Shown piece after piece: positions 63,010-64,000 of a stretch of DNA of 64,000 bases; position 1 is the first letter of the stretch, and every line of letters begins with the position of its first letter. The DNA comes from Phoronis australis (lineage: Eukaryota; Animalia; Phoronida). The position numbers and the translations under genes are program-made. The notes beneath the pieces are model-generated. The model was not told where the DNA came from. It made no database searches and was given only the letters and a program-made list of their open reading frames with translations. The stretch covers positions 767,253 to 831,252 of the forward strand of contig NMRA01000127.1 in assembly GCA_002633005.1 (NCBI GenBank), written 5' to 3'.

Positions 63010-64000
63010 ACTGTCAACACGCAGTATGGAGAGTTGCGTTTTCCCATCTACATCCATAGAAAGAACTGAACCTTTATCAACAACCATTATGGACACTAGT
63101 GTTGTCCCTTCTACATCCACAGTGCCAACTGAACCACTGTCAACAATCAATGTGGACACTATGATTCTCCCTTCTACATCCACTGCGGCAGCTGAACCAC
63201 TGTCATCAACAAATATGGACACTAGCGTTCTCCCTTCCACATCCACATTGGCAACAGAATCACTGTCAACAGGCAGTGTGGAGAGTACATCCATAGTAAG
63301 AACTGAACCTCTTTCAGTAACCAATGTGGACACTATGGTTCGCCCTTCTACATCCAAGCATTGCATCTTACTAGGCAGCGTTGGTTTGATAATCTGTACT
63401 GAAAGTACCTTTTGAGTTCAGAAAAATAAGGAAGAAAAAGCAAAGATATGTAAATGAAAAGGGTACATGTGCTTTGCATAATTTTTCGTATCCCTGTACG
63501 TTCTGTACTCATTGCCTGCAAAGGTCATGGTATAATTATTATGCGCCCACATATTTATATGTGGACGCATTATGCCGTCATCTCTGTCCGTCCGTCCGTC
63601 CGTCCGTCCGTCCGTNTGAACCACTGTCAACAATCAATGTGGACACTATGATTCTCCCTTCTACATCCACTGCGGCAGCTGAACCACTGTCAACAACAAA
63701 TATGGACACTAGCGTTCTCTCTTCCACATCCACAATGGCAACAGAATCACTGTCAACAGGCAGTGTGGAGAGTACATCCATAGTAAGAACTGAACCTCTT
63801 TCAGTAACCAATGTGGACACTATGGTTCGCCCTTCTACATCCAAGCATTGCATCTTACTAGGCAGCGTTGGTTTGATATTCTGTACTGAAAGTACCTTTT
63901 GAGCTCAGAAAAATAAGGAACAAAAAGCAAAGATATGTAAATGAAAAGGGTACATGTGTTTTGCATAATTTTTCATATCCCTGTATGTTCTGTACTCATT
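63010..64000 (+). repeat. Second and third copies of the Ser/Thr repeat block plus PDE-intron junction (63010-63530 and 63617-64000)
   Basis: Same shortened TESLSTGSVESTSIVR unit and same catccaagcattgcat junction into PDE intron sequence as at ~57240. Confidence 0.88.
63536..63615 (+). mobile_element. HINE-like head with (GTCC)n microsatellite, cut by the N at 63616
   Basis: atgcgcccacatatttatatgtggacgcat followed by (gtcc)n. Confidence 0.7.

Overview
Eukaryotic, AT-rich, intron- and repeat-rich DNA, probably a marine invertebrate (inferred from the repeat families), with five single-N scaffold joins (25181, 33657, 35198, 38246, 63616). The ORF track is mostly noise, so genes were rebuilt by hand from splice sites. 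(1) 10001-27490 (+): the last 13 coding exons (about 500 aa) of a PDE11-like GAF/cyclic-nucleotide phosphodiesterase, with one exon present twice across an N. (2) 37142-45925 (+): a 7-exon, phase-consistent, stop-free model (334 aa, start not found) encoding an HDX-like homeodomain, an HMG box, a GTF2I (TFII-I) I-repeat-like domain and a C-terminal chromodomain-like motif. This is the most interesting object in the window. (3) 56450-64000: a Ser/Thr-rich 63-nt repeat ORF fused to a decayed copy of a ~3.5-kb internal PDE segment (three exons), with the fused unit tandemly repeated and invaded by a Gypsy remnant and MITEs. The remainder holds MITEs (hAT-, PIF/Harbinger-, Tc1- and CACTA-like), Helentron-associated HINE-like elements, a LINE RT remnant, THAP remnants and minisatellites. 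All domain calls come from motif recognition by eye, not database searches.
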